NCBI GenBank assembly: GCA_964016885.1
Contig: OZ024743.1
Span: forward strand, 353,028,001-353,092,000
DNA: 64,000 nt
Origin: Eledone cirrhosa
Taxonomy: Eukaryota
Direction of reading: 5' to 3'
Below the pieces are notes generated by a model. It ran no database searches, had not been told where the DNA came from, and saw only the letters and a program-made list of their open reading frames with translations. Position 1 is the stretch's first letter, and every line of letters starts with the position of its first letter. Position numbers and translations under genes: made by a program. This document shows, piece by piece, positions 24,331 to 39,335 of the stretch.

Positions 24331-24838
24331 AAATGTGTGTAATCCTTGGTACAGTGAGGTATATTAAGACAGGGGGAAAGAAAAAATGGCTTCCCTTGTG
24401 CTTTCAACAAATTTATTTCACAAAATCCAAAAAGAATTTTTTTCCGGATTATATAAAATTTTTTCTTAAAAAGAATTATTTTATAAATTAAGTTGTTGGT
24501 TGTTGGTTGTTGAACCAACAACCAACAACTTAATTTATATATATATATATAAATGAAGTAATTCCATCGGAAAGGTCCAGAAATAAAGAGTGCTCTATGT
24601 AGGTTACAGAGCTTAAAAGCACTGGTAAATGAAATAATTATCTTATGTTGTTTATTACAAACTATATATATATATATATGAATGGTAATCACCCAGAAAC
24701 ATTAGTGTCTGCCGTTTTGTTTATATGCCAAGACAAGAGCAAAAATGACGGTATCATTCTGCTGACATGGCTTAAAAAGGCTGTTTGCAGAATTACAAAC
24801 GAATCTAATATTATTATTAATATTCGAAAAACTCAGAT

Positions 24839-25001
<163 letters not shown>

Positions 25002-25179
25002 GTATAGTGGTAGCTATGGTGCTTCCGTAGGCGGTATGCCAAAATTAGCACTCGATATTTATCAGAGTAGAGTGTAGATATTATAAAGAAAACGAAAAAT
25101 CAGTGATGCATCTGGACTTAGTCTATTTCGTGTTACAAATGTTTCGCCGGCATGTAGCTGCTTTTTCGTTTTCTTTATA

Positions 25180-25210
<31 letters not shown>

Positions 25211-25238
25211 CATACATATATATATACGTACATATATG

Positions 25239-25285
<47 letters not shown>

Positions 25286-25643
25286 TAATATATGCATATA
25301 TGCATACACATATACATATATATGTATAAGTGCATGCATTCATTCATCCATCCATCCATCCATCTATACATATATTGATACATACTTCCATACATGCATA
25401 CATACATACACATACACACACGTGCACATACATACATTCGTACATACATACGTAAATACATACATACAAACATATATACTTGTATATATATATATATATT
25501 AACACTGTGTGACAGTTTGTGTAACCTGGCTTGATGGTAGATATTATAACAATTTGTCACTATTGCAACTTCGTCCTTGCAACATTTCTCCTAAATTGCA
25601 CGTTTTTACTTTTGTCTATGGGAATGAAGTACTGAAAATTTCA

Positions 25644-25836
<193 letters not shown>

Positions 25837-26083
25837 CATATATATATACATATATAAAAAAAAAAGTGTAAGTAAACACGTTAAAATTAACTTCGTTTAT
25901 ACATACTCACTGCTATATATATTTCTGTGATAACCATTATGCAACAGCTGTGACCTCATCAGACAACTAGTATTTGAACAGAAAAGTCAGAAAAACATAA
26001 GGATGGAATAAAGCTTACTTCTGTTATCGATTTTTTTATATGTTCAGTGCTGAAGTTTGGTCTTGTTTTCTCAAAGCACCGGT

Positions 26084-26124
<41 letters not shown>

Positions 26125-26126
<2 letters not shown>

Positions 26127-26565
26127 CTGTAGAGTGAGTGCTAACTGCCCTTTAAACGGTAACTGCCTCTCTAAGAACATCGTTTATGCTTGCGTAGTTA
26201 TAACTAATTCCTCTAATAGAACTTATATAGGCTCTACATCTAACACTTTTAAGACTAGGTTTAATTCCCATATCTCAAATTTCAAACATGTTAAGTTTAA
26301 GAATTCTACTTCTTTAGCACACTATATCTGGGATCTTAAGGGGGCTAATATACCATATAGCCTTAATTGGCGTTTAGTAGCACGCCCTTCTACACATACT
26401 AAATTTTGTAATCTCTGTATCCTCGAGACACACTCTATAATTTTCTCTAGTGAATCCTTACTTAATAGAAAGTCTGAGATATTCTCTTCTTGCCCCCACG
26501 CTAATTCTAATTCTTACTTTTATTATAAACATAAAGGTTCTAGTAGTGTAAATTGTATCCATTAG
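26125..26565 (+). pseudogene. PLE GIY-YIG endonuclease (Nematis-like), 5'-truncated
   Basis: NCRVSANCPLNGNCL..IVY..YIGST..FKTRFNSH..CNLC..E..LLNRKSEIFSSCPH. Confidence 0.85.
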
Positions 26566-28228
26566 CTGATATATTCCATTACTTATTTTTTTAGTTTAGG
26601 TTCATTTTGTTTACCACCATTATTATCATCATTATTATCATTGGTTTTTGACATCTTTTTATTCTAGCTCTCATAATCTTTTGGCTACTATACCATATCT
26701 ATCTTCTTACACATTAAAGTTTCACTATTAACACCTTATGAGTATATATCCGATTATATATTTTATATTATTTTATTTCATTTTATTTTATTCTATTTGG
26801 ATTCTTCTTTGGATACCCCTCCCCCCCCACATGCACACATAAACTTATTGCTAACCCCTTCAAATATATTATGATTATATTTAATCCCCTTTTTTATGCT
26901 CCTTTCTATTATATAATACAGTATATTGATTATGATTTTATGCTCCTTTGTATCCTACATACATTTCTTTTTTTCTGTCCACATTAGCCTACCATAATTC
27001 TGCTTAAAGTCAGTTTTTTAGATATCGTTATGTAAATGATAGAATATTTCATTCCTTTCTATATATATTTATAGTAATATATTAATGTTTAGGGATTTTG
27101 ATTACTTAAACCATAGCTAATATTGTATTGCCTTATTAAGTATTTTAAATATTTTCAATATTAATTCATCAAATAGGGTTTTCTAGTCATTTATCCGGGT
27201 TGTTTCCTAAGTTTTTACTTAACTGCATGTGAGACCTAAGTAAATACTTTTGTTTTTGTTTTTTGATTTCCGGTCGATTTTATTTATTTATTTATTAATA
27301 CTACTGTGCATAGTATTTTCTGTCTGGCCCTTATTCACTCATTCACATATGTGTCTGTTTACCAACCTTGTAATTATAAGTAATTATATATTATATTATG
27401 TTCATTATTTTATATTGAAGTTGTTATTCAACTCTTTGTAAATGTACTATTGATCCTTATTTCTTACCGATGATTTTATGTACCATTATATGTTAAATTT
27501 TATATATCCTGTAAGATGTTTATATTTTTGTACCATCATAATTTTGGGTATTGTACAATTTATTTTTTTGTTCTCACCTGCTCTGTAACTCTATATGAAT
27601 TGATTTGTTAACTTACATGCCATTATATATATATATTATTATATTATTATTATTATAGTGTTATTGTGACATCTATATTGTTTGTGTAAATTAACCGGAG
27701 ATTATCTATTATATTATATTATATACTATATAATTATATAGTTTATTATATATTATATGTGTTACTTTTAATCATTTCATTACTTCATGTTATACTGTAT
27801 ATTAGATATACGTATTATTTTTATTTTTATTCCTATTATGCTTATTTATATTTAAACTCTTAATAAGGTTTAATTTGTGCTGTTAATGATGGAAATGTGT
27901 ATTGATGTATATGTATATGTGCGTACGTGTGTGTATATACATATGTATATTGTGCCTTTTAATTTTAATTTTAATTTTAATATTGTTACAAGTATATTAT
28001 ATTATATTATATTGTATTACATATAGTACTATAATTCCCGCTCTATATAACCACCTTTGTTTAGCTCTAGTTTTTTGCTTTGGACTATATTTGTAATATG
28101 GTTCAAAATGTTATCCACCTCCATAGTGATTTTTATTATATATTTTTACCGATACTTTAGTGTATGTACACTCCATATTCTTCGGAGTTTTCGGCTTATA
28201 TTGGCCGATAGTGCTTCTTGTAGTTTTG

Positions 28229-28273
28229 ATTGCCCTGCTGAGTCCTTAATAGGACGAAACATTGTTGGCTAAT
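28229..28273 (+). ncRNA. Hammerhead ribozyme (A6C core variant)
   Basis: ATTGCC-CTGCTGA-GTCC-TTAATA-GGAC-GAAAC-ATT-GTT-GGCTAAT. Confidence 0.7.
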
Positions 28274-28314
28274 AAAGACTTTTGATGTATTGAAGGCTTC
28301 TTTGTTTTATTTTC

Positions 28315-28412
<98 letters not shown>

Positions 28413-28512
28413 GTAATTCCGTCGGAAAGGTCCAGAAATAAAGAGTGCTCTATGTAGTTTACAGAGCTTAAAACCACTGGTAAATGAAATAATTATCTTG
28501 TTGTTTATTACA

Positions 28513-28605
<93 letters not shown>

Positions 28606-28761
28606 TGGTAATCACCCAAAAACATTAGTGTCTGCCGTTTTGTTTATATGCCAAGACAAGAGCAAAAGTGACGGTATCATTCTGCTGACATGGCTTAAAG
28701 AGGCTGTTTGCAGAATTACAAACGAATCTAATATTATTATTAATATTCGAAAAACTCAGAT

Positions 28762-28830
<69 letters not shown>

Positions 28831-29021
28831 GTATAGTGGTAGCTATGGTGCTTCCGTAGGCGGTATGCCAAAATTACCACTCGATATTCATCAGAGTAGA
28901 GTGTAGAGATATTATAAAGAAAACGAAAAATTAGTGATGCATCTGGACTTAGTCTATTTCGTGTTACAAATGTTTCGCCGGCATGTAGCTGCTTTTTCGT
29001 TTTCTTTATAATATATATATA

Positions 29022-29506
<485 letters not shown>

Positions 29507-29542
29507 GTATATATATATATATATATTTATTTATATACATAT

Positions 29543-29580
<38 letters not shown>

Positions 29581-29585
29581 TTATT

Positions 29586-29685
<100 letters not shown>

Positions 29686-30346
29686 CATATATATATATAT
29701 ATATACGGAATATATATGCATATATACACAAGTATAGACATTCATATGAGGGAGTCCGATAGATACCAATTTGGCTCGATGAAGGAATTAATAAAAATCA
29801 ATTATTCAGAGTATAATACAAATTAATTTGGGAAAGCAAATAAAATAAAGACATATTTACCTATTTAATCAGCGTCTTTACTGCAATTTCATTGAGCAAA
29901 ACTCAGCATGGGCTGTGAAAATCTCAAACCATCAGGGAACATTTTCGACTGAGTTGTCCGATAGCAATGATAAAATTCGAATGGGAGATTTTCACTGAAA
30001 TCTTTAAGATTCTAGCTTACATTAGCCTCAACAAAGACGGGGAGATATGTAGTACAAAGGATTAAACGTCAGAGTCCATATGTAATTCCTGGTGTGGTCC
30101 AAGGGTAGTCCAAGGGTAATCCGAGGTAAACGTAGGAGTAGGAGTCTCAAAATACGCTAAAAAGTGAGAAATGCGTCGATTACTTTCACCTGTTTTTTGC
30201 TGAGGCGAGGTATGTGACGATGGTCACAAGCTTAAAAATTCATAGCGAAAGGCCTTCAAATGCTTTTCATTAACATCTCGTGTATTACAATACGTTTATT
30301 TATATGTACATCGCTATGTCGGAGCACCAATACAAATATATATATA

Positions 30347-30753
30347 CGAGGGCAATCCCAAAAGTAAGGTCTCCTTCCGATATTGCAACTCCGATATTGC
30401 AACTTTTCCGTTAAAATCCTGTGGATGGTGCTTCAGGAAACCTCAGGAACCAAAATGCAGAGAGCATCCAGAGTGATCCGCCGATTTTTACGCATGTTTT
30501 ACTGGGAAGGAGACCTTACTTTTGCGATTGCCCTCTATATAATAACTGCGCGAAATTCGCACTTGGCAGTAGCGTTCAAAGGGAGCTCCATTCTCAACGG
30601 CTGCCAAGCCACGATTGAGCATCCCAGCGAAGCCCGCGCATGCTTGTTTGGGAGTGAAGGAAGCACCAATCACAACAGTGTTGCCAACAGCCGTACGAAC
30701 AGTTTCTCTGCGTCCCCATCGCTTTGGAGACCTTACTTTTGGGATTACCCTCG
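30347..30753. mobile_element. Mariner-type MITE
   Basis: 28-bp TIR CGAGGGCAATCCCAAAAGTAAGGTCTCC / GGAGACCTTACTTTTGGGATTACCCTCG, with TA on both sides. Confidence 0.85.
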
Positions 30754-31415
30754 TATATATATATATGTATATATGTATATATGTATATATAAGTATATAT
30801 ATATATATATGGGGGGGGGTGAGTATGAGCGTGAGTTAATGTGTATCTGCAAGTGTGATTATGTCTCTGTTCGTGTCCGTGTCGTTTAATGTTTCTGGGC
30901 AACCAAAATCTTATATATGCAAGAGATTTCGCCTCCGATACATTCTGCTTATCGACTCCGTCTATTATAGTCTATTTTCAACTTTGCAACAGTGAGATAG
31001 ATTGTTTAGTCACATACAGACACATACACTCGCTAGCTGGCCTTGCTGACATCTGCAAGTTAGTCAATTTTACAACATTCGTAAACTGCATTTATACTTG
31101 CATTGTTCATTGCTACACATGATTTCAATGAAATCATTTAACAAATAAAAACACTAAAATTAGTGGTGTCTTGTTCATTTTTAATTCTTATCCATGTGAT
31201 TTGGGAAAATCTTTTCCCCAACGGCAATATCCCTTCACACCACAACAAGCGAGTACAACTACTTGTTTCTTCGTATATAACAAAACATCTCTACACTCAT
31301 TGAGACACACTTCATTTGCTCACTCATCATCTTCTCACTTCATCACTACTACTATAAATGAAGAAATCCATCAGGCAAACAACACATTACCAAAACGAAC
31401 ATTTATCAATATCCC

Positions 31416-31462
<47 letters not shown>

Positions 31463-31463
<1 letters not shown>

Positions 31464-34400
31464 TAGCAGATGTACCCGACGTTGCTCGGGAAATGAATGA
31501 CAGCCTGTTTGTCCGTATAAAGAGAGCCAAAGGTTGAGCAAAGAATTGAAATGTAATTGTAAAAAAAAAGTTTAACAAAATGGGTGTACAGTGACATGAT
31601 TGAGTGAAATAAACGGCAACATAAAAACAATTCATGGGGTAGCTTGAGTTAATTGACGTGAATGATTTCAGGTCCGGCCTTGCTGTAGTAGGTATGAGTA
31701 AGGGGATAAAGATGGAATAGACGCACCGTATGTCCTTCAGTAGACTACACTCTATGCGTAAGATGGCGCTGCCACTACCACGTTGACCATCCACTGGACA
31801 TAGAAATATCATTCCTTGAAGCAACTATTCCCCCTCAACGCCTGAATACACGATGAGAATGAGCAAAAAGGTTAAGTTAATCAAAACGAAGACACTGTTG
31901 CCGAGAGTGCTGTTTCACGATTTTCAAAGGCCATAGCGAGTCAAACTGCTAGGTTAGGGGGCCATAGCGAGTCAAACTGCTAGGTTAGGGGGCAAATGCC
32001 AAGTAAGCAATGACATAGAATGCATTTTAAGGCAATCATTTTCGCAATGGTCATTGTTGTAACATAAAAAAGTTTTATTTAATGAACTAAGTAGCAGAAA
32101 GAAGAACTCTACCTGCCCTAACTGCTCTGATATTCCAACCGGCTTCATGTTAATAACATGGTAATTGTGACATGCCTAAAATGCTATCCGGTTCTATCCG
32201 GTCATGTATGTGTGCTAGTCATGAGTGCCTGGGTGTGTTTGTTGTGAGTATGAAGGACCGAAAACCAAACAAACGGCATGAATCGGTTTCTATAGAACCT
32301 CATGATAGACGATGTTCTTTGTTTTACCCCTGGGAAGAAAGGCAAAGATATTGTCCCGACTCCCGACTCTGGAGCATGCAACGTATAATTGGCCATGTGA
32401 GAAACATGGCTCTTCCAGGTGAAGACCTGCCACCGAAAGTGTCTGGCCCTGGGACTTATTGACGGACATTGAAAAGCACACACAGAGCGGAAATTGTGAT
32501 CGCCTGAAAGTGAAAGAAATGTCCGCCCCTGATGTAGTCAGGTGGACCCTGGGTATTAGTGCATCCTCTCCCTTTCCACACCCAGTGAGAATCGTGGCCT
32601 CTATCAGGCGCGGAGACATCTTTTTGACCACCAGGCGCGTGCCATTACAGAGTTGTGGTGGGGTATGATTCCTCAAAAGCATCACGGGGATTCCCTCCTT
32701 CAGCTTTAATATGTGGGGAGGTAGACCTGGATGATTCAAGGAGTTAAGAAATTCAGTGGGGTAATTCACTGCCTCCTGCGGATCTGGGACAATATCAACG
32801 GATTTAAATGTGTGAAGCTAAACAGGAAGGCACTGCAGTAACTGGTCGTTGATTCCACTGACGGTGCTATTTTTCGGAGCCAGGATGGCTCTTTCACATA
32901 GCCAACTCTGGTCTCTGAAGTTTTCCTGTAGATTGGGGAAAACTCTTGCCTTCAGATCAGCCGCAGTTGTAACAGTAGTGCAAAGGTGGTCGATGAGTAT
33001 GTCGCCATGTGCATCCATAGAAATCCTGCTATCGCCCAGTGCAAGGAGGTCCTGAGCAAATTTTTCTGAAGAAGGGTCGCCGTGCTGCTGTGCCCGCATA
33101 TTCGTAGACAACCTCAAAGTGTTTACATGCTGCCAAAGTGAAGAAGACTTTAGGCAGGCGCGTACCTCATCGGCTCGCGTTCCTTTGGGTATGACGGGAA
33201 GAGTTTGTCTGAAGTCTCCTAACAGTAGCAGAGTAACACCTCCCATGGGATCTTCACAATCCTTGATATCTCGTAAGGTCCTATCAAGTGCCTCGAGAGC
33301 ACCTTTGTGTGCCATTGTGCATTCATCCCACACAATGAAGTCGCACCTCCTCAGCAGTTGTCCTCTATCGGAGATTTTAGCAATGTTGCATGAGGAGGCT
33401 AAATTGAGGGGAAGTTTAAAACAGGAGTGTGCTGTCCTGCCACCAGGCAGCAATGTTACAGCAATACCAGACGATGCTACTGCTAGCGCGATTTTTTTCT
33501 GCTGCCTTAAATTAGCGAGCAGTTGTTTAATAACAAACGTTTTTCCAGTCCCTCCGGGAGCATCCAGGAAGAAGATGCCCCCTTTCCGAAAAGTACGGAA
33601 TCAGAGATAGTGTTGTACGCGAGTAGCTGGTCCAGAAGTAGTTTTGGCATAGTATCATCGACGTATTTTGCGAGGGCCGACAACGTCATATGACGTTTCT
33701 CGGATGATGTTAGTGGAAATTTTATTTGAATCCGATCGTAGGGTTTGCGGCAGGCCATATGTCGGTAAAGTACCCCCCCCCCCCCGCATATTAATCGGTC
33801 TTCTAAACTAATAAGTGCCCTATTGTAGACATCATCGCAGAAGCCTACGTCAACATTTGGAAGCAGTAGCTGGGCCTGGTATCTGAAGTCCTCAGACATG
33901 TCGTTTCTATATTTTAACCACAAAGAATCAGGATCAGGCAAATCGCACGCGTGCAGCATAAGTGCGAATAACTTTCTGAGACAGCCAGCTGTATGTGATA
34001 CAGCAGCCTCGGCCAAAGTTTCATCCCATTGAGCGCCGTCCTCAAGTAGGCTGTATTTCAAACATGCTTCCCTGTATGTAGTGCATAATTGGCCATCAAC
34101 AGTTCTGAGGCTGAGGAAACTTGTAAAAGCAGGCGCAGGTAGAAGCACTCGTGCTGGTTGGGATGAACCATATAAACTCTCCCCAGGCAAGAGTCAAATC
34201 GGACACCGGGGTGTCCATTAACATGCTGGCCTGCCTTTCTCCGTGTCCATGATTTTTTGTTCCAGGTGTAATATGATGGCACCTGTGGATACAGCAGCAT
34301 TCGAGCGAACTGGTCTTTCTGGCAGAGCCTAAAAAACGCCGTGAGTGTTGTTTCCCTCGGCTCATCTGCAAGTTGAAAAGCATTGTTGTTGTTAGAATAA

Positions 34401-37400
34401 ACACGTTGCCCATTCTCAAGGTGAACCGCAAGCTTTTCAGTTGCAGGATGCCTCTGATGTATGGGAAAACCAATAATCCGCCAGAAGGCCTTGTTGCTGC
34501 TGCTGATGTATCGCCCCACCTGATACTGCGTAACTTCATCGCGGGAGGATTCAATATGAAAGGCGAACATAGCAGCATCTGAGCCCTTGTTGACGTACTT
34601 GAAGACATACTTGATGGACTTAATGGAATTGCAGAACTCAACATTGATATGGGCATTGAATGTCTTCAGGAGGAGTGGACAGTAAGGTACAATCCATCTG
34701 TTGTCCACCTCGAAGTTACTAACCTTTGCAGTAAACCCCCCATCCTCAGGATTTCTTCTTCGGTATGATGGATACCCGTCATGACCGGTCTGGGTTTCGA
34801 GAATGAACTTTCTGGGGTATCTTTTGGAGCACCCATTGTCCTTCATACATGGGGAGGACAAATTGAAGCCACGCCCACACGGACCATGCACCATGTGTGT
34901 CTTAACCTGAACGTAGAGTTCCCTATCAGTTGATGGGTCGGGAAACTCTGCCGATATAATTCTGTCGATGTCATTAGATGTAATCTTTGTTGTTAACCAA
35001 ATCAAGATGTGTGCATGTGGCAGACCTCTTTTTTGCCATTCAATTGTATACATGTCACACTTTGTAGGTCCAAATACATGGCCTGTTTTAATATGGTATA
35101 TGAATTTAATTAATCGAAGCCTAAATACTCTTCCTGTGAGATCATGCCTGTCTTTGGCCTTTTGACCAGGAAAAAGTTCATTTTCGATCTCCGGCCACTT
35201 GGAGTTGCAAGTAAAAGTAATAAATAAATCCGGCCTGCCATAATGCCGTACATATGTCATGGCATCCTGCGTTCTTTCATGCATATATCTGGGGCTCCCG
35301 GTGAAAGGTGAGGGCAGTATGCACACTTGACCTAGGCTTCCCGGCTCTGCATCACCGTTGATTCCATCACGGAGGTGGATGTAACTGTCACAACGAAGCT
35401 GTTTTTGATTCAGTCTGATGAAACACAACCTTTCCGACTCCATTTTTGCACACATGTCAACAGCGAATTGGTTGAAGAGATCTTGTGAACGGTGAAGGTG
35501 ATTGAGGGAGGATTCTCGAATCATGAAGCAGAATGCGTAGAAGTCCATACAGGAAACTTTTTTGGTCAGGTGCTCAGCCTGATTGTTAGCCGTACGCTGC
35601 GGAATGCCAAAATGGTTTCCATCTTCACCATTCACAAAGAGCAGTGGATACTGGAGTGCATCGTAGGATCTCTGTGTCTCACTGATGCGATGGAGGGAGT
35701 TGTCTCGGTGTTTGATGACAATGTCCTTTTTGTTGTTCTGGTCACCGTGTAGGACAATGGCTATTTCATTGTACGAGGGTGCATTATAGCGGCCGGCATG
35801 TTCCCCCAACGGTTTCTTGTCAGCATTAATGATAATGTTAAAGTCATCCAAAGCCACTGATTCCAAAGCACATTTGAAGCTCCTGACATAGCTGTTGTTC
35901 CTATGAAGCATGTCTTGAAGTTGAAGTAGGATATCCAAATCAGTATCGTTGGTAATGGTGTGTCGCCTGGTAGCTTGTTGGTGGAAGTTTGCAATGAAGT
36001 ATACTTGAAGAAATCGGGGTTCCTCATTTTCCAAAGGATGCAGTGGTCCAATAAGATGGTACACCTTCCCCTGAACCTTGAAAGTAGGCATAAATCCAGC
36101 CTCCGTGATGCGCTGCGCTCCGAAAGAGGTCATCTGGAAGGCGCAATTGTATTGACGGATGTGACGAAGAAAGCCTCGTGACTCCGACGTAGTTCCGTTG
36201 AGAAGAAGCTGCAATGGTTGTGGCGGATCCTGAAGAGGGGCAAGTGTACTTTACCATTGGAGCAGCACATTGCTGCAGGTTCTGCTGACCATTTTTTGGC
36301 CCTACAAAACTGACAAGTGGTGGACATGCTGCCGATTGTAGTATCAGGATGATTTGAATAGTTTTCTAATGGGTCATAATTAAATGCCTTCAATGACCAT
36401 CGTGAGCGGGAAGGTCTTGAAATACCCTGTACATTTGCTCTGCGGTGTATAGTACCCCCCCCCCCCCTCCGACTGGGCTGTTTGGTTAGGGGTGGCCTCG
36501 AAAATCCGTCCCGCAGCAGTAACATCAGCATCTCTGTTTTGAAGAAGTTCACCTTCTTGCTCATTCTCTGCATATCGAGCAGCTGCCGTTGCTGCAGCAT
36601 CACTTGCAAGGCGAATTTCACGTTGTTCATCGGTCATAACAGCTCGTGCGGCTGCAGTTGCGGAAGCATCTCTGGTTTGGCGATGTTGGCGTTGTTCGTC
36701 ATTCTCATTAGCTCGTACAGCTGATGTTGCGGCAGCATTTCTGTTCAGACGATTTTTGCCTTGTACCCCATTCTCAGCAACTCGTTTTGCTGCAGTTGCT
36801 GTGGCATCCCGTGTTTGGCGTAATTTAGAGGTTAGTAATTTAAATGGAAGAAGAAAAGGTTTAAAAATAGAAGCACACAATATTCGGAGATTCGCAACGT
36901 CAACTTAAATTGAGATAACTGCTAATGTGCATTTTACGCCCGCATTAATGTACCGGGAGTAGAAAATTTAATCGTTTTAACTCCTGAGAAGCATATAGTA
37001 TTTATTATTGGCATTACGGTGGGCGTAAGGCAACTATAGATGGTAGTTTGGTAAAATTAACACAGGAATAGCATCAACAACGTACCAGAAAGCTTCAAAA
37101 TACTCGTACAGTTGATCGAGGAACGTCGTGCTATCAAACGTATTTCTCACAGGAATATGCACGGTATATGTTCAATCATGTTCACTAATGTTAGTTGCGT
37201 AGTCCAATTAAAAATCGCGACCTTCAATCAGGCGAATTGTTCAAGGTCGTTTATGGCTTAGCTAGCAATTTCTGAGTGCATGTCAGCTAATTAGCTAGCC
37301 AATGAGAGGTCGCCTCAATAGCACGTGCTAAATCGGCCTAGTACTTCAAAAGTTAAAAGGACCCTAGTATTTGTACACAGACAGATACACACACAAAATC

Positions 37401-37606
37401 GATTTTTCGGCCCCAATATCGATTTTTTTTCAAATTTGTTTTTGTCCAAAACCTGCTCTGGCATATAAGCAATACGTGTGCCAAATTTGGTTGAAATCAG
37501 CCTAGTACTTCAAAAGTTAAGAGGAGCCTAGTATTTGTACACAGACAGACAGACACACACACACACACACACAGACCGACTTGCTTTTATATATATATAT
37601 ATAAGA
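31463..37606 (-). mobile_element. Helitron, near full length (~6.1 kb), decayed autonomous copy
   Basis: 3' end is the hairpin CCCGAGCAACGTCGGG then CTAG|T at 31463. 5' end is TCTTATATATAT..AAAAGC at ~37606. Rep-helicase ORF fragments lie inside. Confidence 0.92.
32290..36880 (-). pseudogene. Helitron RepHel protein (Zn finger, HUH Rep, Pif1-like helicase), frameshifted
   Basis: CQFC..CCSNGKV; RPDLFITFTCN, EWQKRGLPHAHIL, KYVFKYVNKG; [42 protein letters not shown]. Confidence 0.92.
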
Positions 37607-38232
37607 GAGTATTGAAGTTTGCTTGAAGCATTGTGGAATAATAAGGTAAATTTCTTTAAGTCGTTTGGAAGCCTCGACAATGCAGATGGGTAAAACTCCG
37701 GGTAACAAGATCCGGTGGTGGAGAGAGAGATGTAAGTGGGTGTACGTTGAGATGCGTGGCGTGTATAAGACATGTAGAGGAATGAAGGAAAGAGCGTAAA
37801 GGATAAAAATAAAAATAACAACACGAGAGAGAGTTACCTTGGGAGAGATTTAATTGTCCCTATATATTTCGGATTCACATCCATCAACTGAGGGGTTTTT
37901 TCCGGGGGGGGGGGGGTATCAAAACAACGAACAGCGGAGGACACGTTTCGCACCTTTCCGACAGACAACCTCCCCCCCCCCGGAAAAAACCACAGTTGAT
38001 GGATGTGAATCCGAAATATATAGGGACAATTAAATCTCTCCCAAGGTAACTCTCTCTCGTGGTGTTATTTTTATTTTTATCCTTTACGCTCTTTCCTTCA
38101 TTCCTCTACATGTCTTATACACGCCACGCATCTCAACGTACACCCACTTACATCTCTCTCTCCACCACCGGATCTTGTTACCCGGAGTTTTACCCATCTG
38201 CATTGTCGAGGCTTCCAAACGACTTAAAGAGA
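37607..38232. repeat. Foldback with ~265-bp arms and one-sided extension
   Basis: 37653-37917 is inverted to 37971-38232 around a ~55-bp spacer. The arms are slightly diverged. Confidence 0.8.
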
Positions 38233-38235
38233 TAT

Positions 38236-38412
38236 AAAAGGAACGATCGACTTTCGTCAAATCGGACCGAGGAAACAACGTTTCCGTTGGTCTTTCCAAT
38301 TGCTAATACTATCTATCGGTCGCAACTCCAGGTAGAAGGAGCAACGTGAAATAAAGTGTCTTGCTCAAGGACATAACGCATCGCCTGGTCCAGGAATCGA
38401 ACTCACAATCTT
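38236..38412 (-). mobile_element. tRNA-derived SINE with V-domain-like GTCCTTGAGCAAGACACTT
   Basis: Reverse complement GTGAGTTCGATTCCTGG (B box)...GTCCTTGAGCAAGACACTT. Second copy at 62540-62716. Confidence 0.7.
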
Positions 38413-38489
38413 GTATGTTCTACCATTCTTTACCTTTAAAGCTATATATTATATATATATATATATATGAATTGGATTCGCAATGGTAA

Positions 38490-38540
<51 letters not shown>

Positions 38541-38619
38541 TGTTGAAAGGTTCTGTCGAACAGATATACATTAGGGATCAAAGCGCTCTATGAGAAGGAG
38601 GATATTAACTATAATATAT

Positions 38620-39335
38620 ATATAAACGGAAAAAATGAAAAGAAATTTCATTTCCCACTCTTAGTACGGCTGTTACTTAAATATAAGTATGTATACGTAC
38701 ATACATATATGTATACAGACGTACAATAGTATGTATATATATATATATACATGCACACATATATATATGTACGTATGGATTCACCGAACATTTATTATAA
38801 TGCTCGGTGTGTTTGTAAACAAACATCCCGAATTAAGCCGTACAGTGTCTAGCAACCATCGTTGCTCATTTGTTCAACACTGACAAAGGAACGCTGTACT
38901 AGTTTCAAGCTTATTAGCTATCGTCAGTAACGTATACCTTCCTGCCAGATGATTTTTTCCGTTTATCGTTTTCGGTACCCCGGCCGATTAACTCACTCGA
39001 TATGCAAATTAAGCTGCTCAGCCGTTAATATGCATAAGGAAAGTATATACTTTCAGACGTCCAATCATCTGGCAGGAAGGTATACGTTGCTGACGATAGC
39101 TAATAAGCTTGAAACTAGTACAGCGTTCCTTTGTCAGTGTTGAACAAATGAGCAACGGTGGTTGCTAGACACTGTACGGCTAAATTCGGGATGTTTGTTT
39201 ACAAACACACCGAGCATTATAATAAATGTTCGGTGAATCCATACGTACATATATATATGTGTGCATGTATGTATATATATATACATACTACAGTACGTCT
39301 GTATACATATATGTATGTACGTATACATACTTATA
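38620..39335. repeat. Foldback with ~270-bp arms, possibly a non-autonomous DIRS-like element
   Basis: 38683-38952 is inverted to 39063-39334. The spacer starts with the complement of the left terminus. Confidence 0.65.

Larger units (their letters stand above)
26125..28320 (+). mobile_element. 5'-truncated PLE (GIY-YIG, long AT-rich UTR, HHR) in (TA)n
   Basis: Complete endonuclease domain, ~1.7-kb UTR and an HHR at 28229-28273, with (TA)n on both sides. Confidence 0.85.
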
